DNA from: Octopus bimaculoides
Lineage: Eukaryota
Assembly: GCF_001194135.2 (NCBI RefSeq)
Contig: NC_068989.1
Coordinates: forward strand, 11,169,554-11,222,538
DNA length: 52,985 nt
Direction: 5' to 3'
Below, in pieces: positions 12,791 to 24,739 of this stretch. The position numbers were made by a program, and so were the translations under genes. The notes below the pieces were generated by a model. That model was not told the origin of the DNA and did not search any database. It was given only the letters and a program-made list of their open reading frames with translations. Within the stretch, counting starts at the first letter, position 1. Each line of letters opens with the position of its first letter.

Positions 12791-13497
12791 AAGGCGGCAA
12801 CCTGGCAGAATCTTTAGCACACTGGACAAAATGCTTAGCGGTATTTTACTCATTGCTATGTTCTGAGTACAAATTCTGATGAGGTCAACTTTGCCTTTCA
12901 CCCTTTCGGGGGTCGGTAAATTAAATACCAGTTGCGTACTGGGGTTGATGCAATCGACTTAATCGCTTCCCCCCAAATTCAAGGCCTTGTGCTTCCAGTA
13001 GAAAGGATTATTATTATTATTATTACTATTTCTAATTTTGGCACAAGGCCAGCAATTGTGAGGGGAAGGTGAAGTCAGTTACATTGGACACCAGTATTTG
13101 ACTGGTACTTAAATTCATCCACCCTGGAAGTATGAAAGGCAAAGTTGACCTTTGCAGCATTTGAACTTAGAAGGGAAAACTGGAAGGCATTTCGTGGTGT
13201 GCTTATGATTCTACCAGCTTTGCTACCTTAGGCTTAACATCGTTAATAACACTTAATTAGGCAATGAGCTGGCAGAATCATTAGTGTGCCAGATTCAATA
13301 CCAAGCAGTATTTCTTCTGGGTCTCTTTACTTTCTGAGTTCAAATTCTGCCGAGGTCGACTTTGCCTTTCATCCTTTTGGGTTGGGGGCGCTAGGGGAAG
13401 GACTGAAATAAGTACCAGTTATGCACTTGGCGGGGGTCAATGTAATCAACTAACCCACTTGCCCCCAAATTTTCAAGGCCTTGTGCCTATGGTAGAA

Positions 13498-13528
<31 letters not shown>

Positions 13529-13692
13529 GCATTTTGTCCATCTTTACGTTCTGAGTCCAAATTCCACCGAGGTTGACTTTGCCTTTCATCCTTTCAGGGT
13601 TGATAAATTAAGTACCAGTTGCATACTGGGGTCGATGTGGTCGACTTACTTCCTCCCTGCAAGTTTCAGACCTTGTGCCTGTAGTAGAAAGG

Positions 13693-13695
<3 letters not shown>
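12791..13695. mobile_element. Four SINE-B copies (+, -, +, +) joined by (ATT)n tails
   Basis: Copies at about 12791-13006, 13030-13230, 13260-13500 and 13527-13695. Confidence 0.85.

Positions 13696-13764
<69 letters not shown>
13694..13764. repeat. (ATT)n microsatellite, expanded SINE-B tail
   Basis: More than 20 units directly after a SINE-B end. Similar tracts lie at 11963-12006, 12706-12773 and 13500-13524. Confidence 0.95.
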
Positions 13765-14175
13765 GCAGTGTATATTACATCACTAATTAAAACAGACTAT
13801 TTTTTCTCATTAGTTTTGCTTGTTTTCATTAAGCATTAATTATAATTAATACAGTAGTCATTCATTGATTGACCTTTTTTTTTTCTGCATTTTTTTTATT
13901 GTTCCGGACCATTCATCCATCTGTCCATCTGACATAACATAATCTTTCTGTTTAGAATCTATCTTAGAATCTTCTACCATTTCATTAGTTCTACCAATTA
14001 TTCTTGTTTCCTTCTCCACGCAGAAATACTTTATTTTCTAGTTGTGGAAATGTTATATATTGTTTATCATTTGTAAAATATAATATAGATTATTATTATT
14101 TGTTGATTTTTGAAATTTCCAAGATAATTTACTTTGGTAATAAAGAATCTCATAATAATAACAACAACAACAACA

Positions 14176-14355
14176 TCTGAAAATACCTTAAGAATGAGAA
14201 CCCAGGTTCGAAATTTCCCCAAGACACCTGATGAAGGCTGGAGGGTATATCAGCCGAAATGTTGTATTAACAACAAACAAGATGAGGACAAATATCCGTC
14301 AAATGTAAATAATGTAAATAATGTACATAATTCCTCATCTCTTAAATATAGAAAA
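14176..14355 (+). mobile_element. Short Penelope-like terminal-repeat (pLTR)-type fragment carrying the hammerhead
   Basis: Distinct-composition block around the hammerhead, preceded by (AAC)n and ending in tandem AATGTAAAT units. Assignment rests on the established PLE-hammerhead association. Confidence 0.5.
14223..14268 (+). ncRNA. Minimal type I hammerhead-ribozyme-like motif (Penelope type), degenerate
   Basis: GACAC-CTGATGA-A-GGCTG(gagggtatat)CAGCC-GAAA-TGTT-GTATT. It has core boxes at 14228-14234 and 14256-14259, a perfect 5-bp stem II, a near-palindromic stem III (ATGT for ACGT) and stem I with one mismatch. Confidence 0.75.
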
Positions 14356-15130
14356 TAAATTTAAACAGCAGCTGAGATAATTTTCACTAGAAGTTGATGC
14401 ATTTTTGTCAAGATAAATGTTTATGGACATTGGCATAATATGAATGTAACACTTGTTTTGTCACCATCAGCATGAGGTCCTGTGTTTGCATTTTAACTTA
14501 ATATTTTTCTTGTTTTTGCTCAAGTTAAATGTTTTAAACCTAGTTGTCTATAGAAACAGCATGTTATCGAACAAATTAAATAATCTGTCAATCAGTTTAC
14601 TAGGCTTGATCAACCAAGCTGGATATATTGGAAGCAAAATAATGTTCTTCTATGTTTCAGTTGTTAGAAAAAAATTTAGTAAAAGCAAAAAAAAAAAAGA
14701 AGGAAAAGAAAAAATTGTATTTATGTGTTTAAATTTGCAGTCTCTTCAAGCAGTGTGTGAAACCTAGTAAAAGAAGAAAAAAAATCCTATAGATTTACAA
14801 ATGCAGTGATAGATTATTTATTTAATTTACTTTGATATATTTCAATATATATCAATGTCATAAAAATTTATAAACTTTTGAGAGAACATGAAGTAATTCT
14901 CTTTTGAAACAGTGGATCTCGAAGCGCATAAAGCTATAAATAATAGCATGCATATAAGTAATAGTTTTATGTACTTTGAGACCCACTATTCCAAAAACAT
15001 ACATGCATATGTGTGTGTGTATCAGCATCTGATTCTCTGTAGAGGCTTGTTGGCCAATTTTTTGCACTTTTTCCTGTCTTCTAAGAATATTAACACGATT
15101 TTCTAAGCTGTCTTCACAGCCATTCTTCAT

Positions 15131-15420
15131 ATGAGGAACAATCACAAGTCCCCTTGTTAGGATACCGGAAAGGTGTAACATCACGTCCCTGGCCAGCTAC
15201 ATGTGGTGCTTAAAAGAGGAAGGAACCCCATACATAATTAAATGGAAACTCCTTGAATAACTGGGGGCTTTTATAAATGGGAGCAAATGATGCAAGTTTT
15301 ATTTTACAGAGAGAGTAAGAATCCTAAAAAAAACTTGCTTGATCAGGGACCCTTTTAAACTCCAGGAAAGAAGGACTCAGTCAATGCCCTCATCTAAAAC
15401 ATTTCCTACTTCAGACTTGA
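15131..15420 (+). mobile_element. Penelope-like element remnant, C-terminal part of the GIY-YIG endonuclease
   Basis: With frameshifts and stops it reads NNHKS..RIPERCNITSLASYMWCLKEEGTPYIIKWKLLE*LGAFINGSK*CKFYFTERVRIL..LNSRKEGLSQCPHLKHFLL. This matches the recalled PLE pattern NHxxSF..T.LS.Y.W.LK....I.W.I......C.LC..EK..I...LLN.R.E....C.H..KF.L. Confidence 0.8.
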
Positions 15421-15601
15421 AATTCCCCATTCGTTGAATAGTCCTGCTACAACTCCTTCAAATATTACCACAGCTGGAGCCAATATAATGGGGATAACCC
15501 CATGAATAAGAAGAGACTGAGAATTGGGCCCTGATGTGTTCCTACTTGCATGCTAAATTTGTTGATAAAGACTTGTGTGTGTGTATGTGTGTGAGAGAGA
15601 G

Positions 15602-15654
<53 letters not shown>

Positions 15655-16047
15655 NNNNNNNNNNNNNNNNNNNNNNNNNNNNNNNNNNNNNNNNNNNNNN
15701 NNNNNNNNNNNNNNNNNNNNNNNNNNNNNNNNNNNNNNNNNNNNNNNNNNNNNNNNNNNNNNNNNNNNNNNNNNNNNNNNNNNNNNNNNNNNNNNNNNNN
15801 NNNNNNNNNNNNNNNNNNNNNNNNNNNNNNNNNNNNNNNNNNNNNNNNNNNNNNNNNNNNNNNNNNNNNNNNNNNNNNNNNNNNNNNNNNNNNNNNNNNN
15901 NNNNNNNNNNNNNNNNNNNNNNNNNNNNNNNNNNNNNNNNNNNNNNNNNNNNNNNNNNNNNNNNNNNNNNNNNNNNNNNNNNNNNNNNNNNNNNNNNNNN
16001 NNNNNNNNNNNNNNNNNNNNNNNNNNNNNNNNNNNNNNATCATGGCG

Positions 16048-16078
<31 letters not shown>

Positions 16079-16293
16079 AAATCCATCTGAAAACCTTGAT
16101 ACCTTAGATTTCACAATCAGCAAAGGAAAATTCTGCTGCAGCAGTTTATCTATGAAATATTGTTTGTTATTTTATTATGTTTTTTTTTTTCAAAGAAAAT
16201 ACTTACACAAAATACCAAGAGACATATAGCTATCCTCCCGCCACCACTAACTGATCTGTATATGTAGCTACTCTCTCTCTCTCTATATATATA

Positions 16294-16870
16294 TCATCAT
16301 CATCATCATCATCATCATCATCGCTTAATATCCGCTTTCCATGTTGGCATGGGTTGGATAGTTTAACTGAGGACTGGTGAGCCAGAGGCTGCACCAGGCT
16401 CAATCTGATCTGGCACAGTTTCTACAGCTGGATGCTCTTCCTAATGCCAACCACTCCGAGAGTGTAGTGGGTGCTTTTATATGCCACCGGCACGAGGGCC
16501 AGTCAGGCGATTCTGGCAACGACCATGCTCAAAAGGTGTTTTTTACATTCTACCTGCATGGGAGCCAGTCCAGTGGCACTGGCACCGACCACGCTCGAAT
16601 GTCGTTTTTCGCGTGCCACCGGCACATGTGCCGGTAAGACGACGCTGACAACAATCACGCTTGAATGGTGCTTTTCATGTGTCACCGGCACGGGAGCCAA
16701 TTCGTGGCTCTGGCAATGATCACGCTCGGATTTGCTTTCAACATTCCACTGGCACGAGTGCCAATCAGGCGGCACTGTCATTGGCCACGTCAGCGATTTT
16801 GATTTGTTTACACTTGCCTCAATAGGTCTTCGCAAGCAAAGTTCATTGTCCAATGAATGAGGGGTACTCA
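16294..16870 (-). mobile_element. SINE-like retroposon family C with five ~65-bp internal units and a (GAT)n tail
   Basis: Core GAGTGGTTGGCATTAGGAAGAGCATCCAGCTGTAGAAAC and 3' end GGAAAGCGGATATTAAGC(GAT)n on the - strand. Confidence 0.85.
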
Positions 16871-17701
16871 TATATATATATACACAAGAATCTGTAAAGA
16901 ATTATAATAATGATATTTACTGGATATCTTGTTTAACAACATTTACTTATATGGCGTACCTGCACTAAACTTTTATCATGTATGTCTACAAGTTTGTTTT
17001 CATAGCACTTTGATATATTAGGTTGTTCTGTCTTGTAAACATATCCATAACTAATGTCTTTTTTTTTTTTGTTGTTAAGATGGTAATTTATTCTGTGTAG
17101 TGGATGGCATTTGTGTGACATAACATGCATGCATTAAACTGTAGTGTCTAATCTAATTTTTTATGGTTATAGTGTAGCTATGAAAAGACAAAAAAAAAAA
17201 ACACTAATGCATGGTGACTAATATATTGTAGATGATGTTTTAGGGAAATTATTTACGATTAAAAATGAATAATTTTTAAAAATATGATAATGTTCTTTTT
17301 CTCCTTTGTATTGTAGCAATAAATTTTTTTTCTTTTTCTCTTTGGATTTACTGTAACATTTTGGCAACATTTATATTCCTAATTTCTTGTAATTTCTGTC
17401 TCTGTCTGTTTCCCTTATACATACACATACATGCAGTAAGCCCCCCCGTCTTCTCCACACATTAATGTCTTAAGTTTCAGAACTTGTAGGGTTGGTTATT
17501 CAGTTTCCATGGTGTGTAAATGACCGAGATCACATTGCCCTCGAACAGGACACCACCCCATCGCATGGTTACTCATTTACGAGTGAATGAACTGGAACAA
17601 CAAAAAAATGAAGCATTTTGCACCACCTAATCTAGGTATCAATACTGCAATCATGTCCCTAACCACTGAGCCATGTGCCTTCACTTATATATATCTATAT
17701 C

Positions 17702-17753
<52 letters not shown>

Positions 17754-18325
17754 CATATACATACACTTATATATTTGCATACATACATGAAAACAATATG
17801 CTTAGGCATCACACACAAGTGAGTATGTTGTGGTAGCTTGTACCATGCTTTCACTGATTGTTTTAGGAGCCTGTGTGACCATAAGAGGATACAGATATCC
17901 CTCCCAGCCCTTCTGATCTCGACCCAACAGAGCACTAAGAATATAATGATAACTGAAGAGAGAGAGAGAGGTGGGTGTTGCACCCACAACTGATTGGAGC
18001 AACATGAAACAATGTGTCTTGCTCAATGACTTAATGTGTTGCCCCTACCAGATATTTAATCCTTTATATATATATATTAGGAGCTTAACATTGTTAGGCT
18101 ATGTGCCTTACTATCTTACATACATTGCATTATACATACATTATATACACACACACATACGTATGTACGTATGCCATTGTTTAAAAACCGGTACTTTATT
18201 GGCAAAAAATCTTGAAATAAAACTGAACAATGACCTACATACATACATACATACAATATTCATACATGCATATATTCTCTTAACACACGAAACTCTTGCC
18301 CCTTGAGTCACTCTGTTGCTTCTGC

Positions 18326-18364
<39 letters not shown>

Positions 18365-20344
18365 TAATGAGGGTAGAAATTGATATTAATCAATTAAAAC
18401 CAGTGGTCTAGCATATTAAAAAATCCGAAGATTAAAATTATATTACATACAAAAATAAGAGCAATGACCAGCATNNNNNNNNNNTATATATATATATTTT
18501 ATATATATATATATATATGCACTTTTGTTTTTGTGAATATAAATTATTTAAGTTTTGTTTGAAGTTTATATTAAGGTGGATTCAATCTATGCCACAGAGC
18601 AGATTCAAAGAATTGTTCTTAAGAAAAGTGGTGATTCAAACCAAGTCAGTAACAATCTGTTGACATGGGATGGTTTATGGTGACCTGAAGTGGTTTCCAA
18701 GAACTGATCTTTATACCTTTTTATGACTAATCGCATAACAGCTTTGACATATTTATTTATTTATTTGTATATTTCTTTTTTTTTTTTTATTGCTTGGCTC
18801 GTATAAATGGTATTGTTGGTATTGATTTTATTTATCTATCTTCTTTCATGATATCTCTTGGGCGTATTTAACAATCCTTAATTTTTACTGAAATTTTGTA
18901 CTGCGAGAAGAGTTAGCTTATTGATCGAGCATGTTTATTGATTATGACACATGCTGAAAATTTGGATTGGATAATGATGTGGCCATAGAAAGCGTTGGTG
19001 TTGATTTAGAAATAGCTTCGAGCATTTATTCTAAAGATTAATTGGGGAGGGCTTATTTTTTTTTAAAAAAAATAGTTATATCATCTGCTAAAATGGTTAA
19101 GATATTCTCACACAACGCATTTTTATTTTATATATAAAATTAAACGTGAAATGATTTTTTTTGAAATATTAGCAAGAGGAAAAATAAGAATTATACATTG
19201 GTCTGTATTTATAGAAATTCTTTTGGGTTTTTTTTTTTTATGAATTAATAATATTTGCATGAGAAGAACTATTATATGCTTAGTGATTAATCAGATATCT
19301 TCAGAAAGCATAGAATGGTATGGTTTTATTTTATTATATTTTATTTATTTTGTTTTGTTTTGTTTTAAGCATTAGGAATGAGGGATTGTTTGCTTCCAGC
19401 TATTTAAATTTCAAGTGCTGTAGAAGTAGGAATAATGGTGTGAAGTTGTGTTGATAATTTTATGTGGCCACTATTAAACATCTGCATATTTACTTAGGAA
19501 AATCTCATCCAGCAGACAGAACCTTGGGAAAACAGATTTTTAAGCAGGAAAGAAAACAAAAAGTGATTGCCATGATTTACATGTTTCCACTTGCATTGGA
19601 AAACTAAACTATCAATGCAACAGTTTTCATTCAGAAATCCTTGACATTTTTTAGTGCCCAGAATTATCATCACCACCACCACCACCACCATTACCATCAT
19701 CATCATCATTGTCATCATCAACATAATGCTATTCCTTGCATACCTACCTGGTCAGTCTTGTTCTTTCTCAATGTGATTAGTAATTCTATAGGATAGGTGT
19801 CAACATTCTTAACTTCCATCTCTATATTCTTTCTCTCTCTCTTTCTCCCATAACTCAATAAATATGGCTTCTCTTATTAAATTCTTTTAAGTTTTGTAGA
19901 CAACTGAACATTTTTGGGGGGTTTTAGCTTCGTTTCTTTCAACTTTTCAAACTTGTAAATAAATATAACATTCTTTAATCTTTATCTGATTTTCCATGAG
20001 CTAGCCATGAAGCCAGTGAGTCAGTCTTTTTAAAAAAACAAAATCTTTCTTTAGTTAGACTACTAAATTAACATACGCAGAAACATGCAGTTTTGTTATG
20101 TAATTACATCAAGGAGATATTTGCATTATTTAATTTCGTCATTCTTCATTCTTTTGACTTCTATCCAAAATCAATAAGTCTAAAAAATTCCAGAAATTGA
20201 TTCCAAGAGTTTTAACTTTTTTCAATTTCTTTGTATATGCATCCTTCCTTAGAAATGAATATCACTACATTGTGGCTAATTTGTATGTTTAAGGACCAAG
20301 CAATATTGAATCACCTCCTCCAATGCCTCCTCCCCTCTTAAAAG

Positions 20345-20750
20345 TTTTTGATGACCCTGTCAGTGTAGGGGCCACTTAAAAGCACCCAGTCCACACTGTA
20401 AAGTGGTTGGTATTCAAAGGGGTATCCAGCTGTAAAAACCTTGCCAAAACTGACCTCGCCTGTGCTGGTGCCACATAAAAAGCACAAAGTCCACTCTGCT
20501 GAGTGGTTCGTGTTAGGAAGGGCATCCATCTATAAAAAAAACCTTGCTAAAACTGACCTCACCTGTGCTTGTGCCACATAAAAAGCACTAAGTCCACCCT
20601 GCTGAGTGGTTGGTGTCAGGAAGGGCATCCAGCTGTAAAAATCCTGCCAAAACAGTCACAGAAGTCTGGTGCAGGCTTCGGCCTGGCCAGTTCTTGTGGT
20701 GCCATCCCACCCATGCTAGCATGGAACACGGATGTTAAATGATGATGATG
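20345..20750 (+). mobile_element. Family C-related element with a triplicated ~100-bp core
   Basis: AAAAGCAC..GTCCAC..GAGTGGTT..GGCATCCA at periods of 100 and 103 bp, ending GATGTTAAAT(GAT)n. Confidence 0.8.
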
Positions 20751-20754
20751 TAGG

Positions 20755-20955
20755 TAGTGAGCTGGCAGAATTGTTAGGACGTCTGACGAAATGCTTAGCA
20801 ACATTTCTTTTGAATCTTTATGTTCTGAGTTCAAATCCTGCTGAGGTCAGCTTTGTATTTCATCACTTTGAGGTTGACAAAATAAAGTACCAGTCAAATA
20901 TTGGGATTAATGTAATCAACTTGTCCCCTACCCTTAAAATTCCTGGCCTTGAACC
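20755..20955 (+). mobile_element. SINE family B
   Basis: GAGCTGGCAGAA head, GAGTTCAAATCC box B and family body. Confidence 0.8.
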
Positions 20956-21204
20956 CTGACAATAAGACTGGCATCCCTTTCTGGGGCACGTTATGATCTC
21001 AGTTACTTATACTTCACGGAAACCAGGTAACAGGCTTTGTGAGTTCTAGGGCTCAAGAAAAGAATAAAAATGTTAAATACTGAAATTTGCTGCAAAATAG
21101 TTATTCTGGTACCTGGAGTTGGTGAAACATGAGCTTGAAATTTGTTGAATCTTCCTTGTAACCATTCAGTGCATAAAGGATTATAGAATTAAATATAATG
21201 GTAA

Positions 21205-21500
21205 AGGTGCATGGCTCAGTAGTTAGAGCATTGAACTTATATGATCGTGAGGTTGTGAGTTTGATTCCTGGACTGGGCTGTGTGTTGTGTTCTTGAGCAA
21301 GACATTTTACACTTTATTTCACATTGCTCCAGTTTACTCATCTGAAGAAATGAGTTGTGATGTCACTAGTGCCAAGTTGTTTCGGCCGTTACCTTTCCCT
21401 TGGATAACATCGGTGGCATGGAGAGAGGAGGCTGGTGGGCTTAGGAGGGGAACTTTCTAGGTGCAATCCTATGGTCATTTGTGACTGAAGTGGGGTCTTT
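21205..21500 (+). mobile_element. SINE family D
   Basis: Same head and core, with an internal deletion. Confidence 0.8.
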
Positions 21501-22581
21501 ATGTTTTATGATAGTACATAGTAAATCTTCTGAATTATAGCTAAGAGAAAAGTAGTGTTTTTTTTGTGTGTGTGTGAATTTCATTAGAACATGTAGTCTT
21601 AACAATAACCTAATCATACAACTAACCAGCATGTATAATTATTCCAGTTTTGATATTTTTGCAAGAATCTTGAGCAATTTTGACTCTAATTAAAAACAAA
21701 GTCAGTATGAAGATCCTGGTTTTTGTTCCATTTCATTGGATGAACTGGATCTTATCCCTGATATTTTGATTTTAATTATATTCTATAAAGTGTTTTGCAG
21801 GAACCTGTGATTTGTCAGACTTATTATTATGTGTCTGGTGCAGGGACAACTGACAGTATAAACTTCCCAGTTATCAAGCTGATATTGGATATTTTCAGTG
21901 TATATATATATATATATATATATACATTGCAGAAGGGCTCATTTTACCCTAAAACATCATTAGCCCTTTAGCTTTTTAATGGTAGAAAAACAATGAAAAA
22001 TATAATAAAAATGTTGTTTTACACAACTGAAATTCTTCATCTCATTTGTAGTTTTTGTCAATTTGTTTTACCCTTTTTTTCCAAGTATGTTCTAATGTTC
22101 CAATTGTAAATTGATCTGAGTCAAAANNNNNNNNNNNNNNNNNNNNNNNNNNNNNNNNNNNNNNNNNNNNNNNNNNNNNNNNNNNNNNNNNNNNNNNNNN
22201 NNNNNNNNNNNNNNNNNNNNNNNNNNNNNNNNNNNNNNNNNNNNNNNNNNNNNNNNNNNNNNNNNNNNNNNNNNNNNNNNNNNNNNNNNNNNNNNNNNNN
22301 NNNNNNNNNNNNNNNNNNNNNNNNNNNNNNNNNNNNNNNNNNNNNNNNNNNNNNNNNNNNNNNNNNNNNNNNNNNNNNNNNNNNNNNNNNNNNNNNNNNN
22401 NNNNNNNNNNNNNNNNNNNNNNNNNNNNNNNNNNNNNNNNNNNNNNNNNNNNNNNNNNNNNNNNNNNNNNNNNNNNNNNNNNNNNNNNNNNNNNNNNNNN
22501 NNNNNNNNNNNNNNNNNNNNNNNNNNNNNNNNNNNNNNNNNNNNNNNNNNNNNNNNNNNNNNNNNNNNNNNNNNNNNNNNN

Positions 22582-22641
<60 letters not shown>

Positions 22642-22657
22642 ATTATTATTATTATTC

Positions 22658-23085
22658 GAGCTGGTACGACAGGCTAAATGCTTAGCAGCATTTTATCTGT
22701 CTTTAGGTTTTGAGTTCAAATTCTGCCAAGGTCAGCTTTGCTTTTCATCCTTTTGAGGTTGAGAAATTAAGCACCAGTAAAACACTGGGGTCGATGTAAT
22801 CGACTAGTCCCCTGCTCCTAAATTTCAAGCTTAGTGCCTTTAATAGAAAGGATTATTGTTGTTATTATTATTATTTGGTGAGTTGGCAGAACCATTGGAA
22901 AAACGGGCAAAATGATAAGTGGCATTACATCCGTCTTTACGTTCTGAGTTCAAATTCCACCGAGGTCAACATTGACTTTCATCCTCTCGGGGTCAATAAA
23001 TTAAGTACCAGTGAAACACTAGGGTCAATGTAATTGACTAGTCCCCTTCTTTCAAATTTCAGGCCTTGTGCCTTTAGTAGAAAAG
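22658..23085 (+). mobile_element. Two tandem SINE-B copies
   Basis: Two box B/body units separated by (ATT/GTT)n. Confidence 0.85.
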
Positions 23086-23384
23086 CTTATTATTATTGTT
23101 GTTGTTGTTGTATTTTCATGACATTGACAAGATTATCTGAAGATAATCATTTGATGCAGACAATTTAGAGAAACACGGACTTGCTATGAAATGAATTATT
23201 AGTACAAATAAATAAACACTATTTATTACATGTACCAAGTACGTCTTCTCCTATTTGGATAGATCCATGTGACTGTCTTGCATTTAAAATCTTATTGCCT
23301 TGAAGCACTTTGACAAAAGCAAGAAAGACTTCAAAGGACTTTGCAAGTAGTAGCTGGCATATTGGTATTAACTAACTGGTAACT

Positions 23385-23596
23385 TTTCTACTCTAGGCAC
23401 AAGGCCTGAAATTTTGGTGAGAGAGGGCCAGTCGATTAGATCGACCCCAATATGCAACTGGCACTTAATTTATCGACCCAGAAAGGATGAAAGGCAAAAT
23501 CAACCTCGGCGGAATTTGAACTCAGAACATTAAGACAGACAAAATACTGCTAAGCATTTCGCCCGGCATGCTAACGTTTCTGCCAGCTCCCTGCTT
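23385..23596 (-). mobile_element. SINE family B with 19-bp target-site duplication
   Basis: Flanked by TATTAACTAACTGGTAACT (23366-23384) and TATTAACTAACTAGTAACT (23597-23615). Confidence 0.9.
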
Positions 23597-24227
23597 TATT
23601 AACTAACTAGTAACTGTCATACCAGCTGTCACGTTCTTGCTTGCCTGCGTGCAAGGGTTCACCAAGCACATTGCCAAACTAACGAACGGTTGGCTGATAT
23701 ACTTGTGAGTCTGAGCTCAACTCTTGGCCAAGGTGTACTGAACTAGCTGTAACAATAAAGCATCTCAGAGACATTCCTATTAAACTATATGTATGACTTT
23801 ATATAAGTTCAAGTATAGTAGTCTGCTAAATGACCTTTGTTAATCTCTAAATGATAGCTAGCTTTTTGCATGTGCAGCTGATATTTGGAATCTAGTTCAT
23901 ACTGTGTATGTCTTTTCATTGGCTCATTGCTTTCACAATTCACCGTATATGCTCCTTAATTTTTTCGTTGCTATTTTTCTGCTGAAATGCACTCCCTTTC
24001 TTTCAAATAATTTTGACAATAATGAAAAATTAAGTAAAATAACTTTGTCCTTGAAAAATAAATCAATATGAACTTGAATTACAGTTTTTATTTACATCAC
24101 TTTAACACTGTGTATACCATAGACACATATAACAATCTCTTATCTGTAGTTATGGAATCCCATAAGGACAGTTAAAAGAAGCATGTAAACATTTCTAGGA
24201 TTTCACTACATAGTGAGTAGGGCACGT

Positions 24228-24619
24228 GGAGGCGCAATGGCCCAGTGGTTAGGGCAGCGGACTCGCGGTCATAGGATCGCGATTTCGATTCCCAGACCGG
24301 GCGTTGTAAGTGTTTATTGAGCTAAAACACCTAAAAGCTCCACGAGGCTCCGGCAGGGGATGGCGGCGAACCCTGCTGTATTCTTCCACCACAACTTTCG
24401 CTCACTCTTACTTCTTGTTTCTGTTGTGACTGTAATTCAAAGGGTCAGCCTTGTCACACTGTGTCACGCTGAATGTCCCCAAGAACTACGTTAAGGGTAC
24501 ACGTGTCTGTGGAATGCTCAGCCACTTGCACGTTAATTTCACGAGCAGGCTGTTCCGTTGATTGGATCAATTGGAATCCTCGATGTCGTAAGCGACGGAG
24601 TGCCAACAACAACAACAAC
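24228..24619 (+). mobile_element. tRNA-derived SINE, family E, full length
   Basis: Box A TGGCCCAGTGG, box B-like TTTCGATTCCC and a (CAA)n tail. Highly similar to 40924-41303. Confidence 0.9.
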
Positions 24620-24739
24620 GAATTGGGCACATAGAAGCATCTCTGGGATTTTATGGCTGTCTTTGAGCAACACATATATTCTCCATTGGGGCTTCACCGC
24701 TATAGATAAGAGATTCTTCTCTATGTCTGCAGTATTATT

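Noticed and set aside
12876-12882. CTGATGA hammerhead core match
   Set aside because: It is a mutated SINE-B segment (CCGCCGAGGTC), with no stem II or GAAA.
15531-15560. CTGATGT downstream of the Penelope endonuclease remnant, where a terminal-repeat hammerhead would be expected
   Set aside because: A9 is missing and there is no convincing stem II or GAAA; too degenerate to call.
16480-16790. Regularly spaced palindromic repeats resembling a CRISPR array (also 34850-35110 and 51650-51900)
   Set aside because: The intervening sequences are homologous to each other and recur in dispersed copies; the context is eukaryotic and there are no cas genes.
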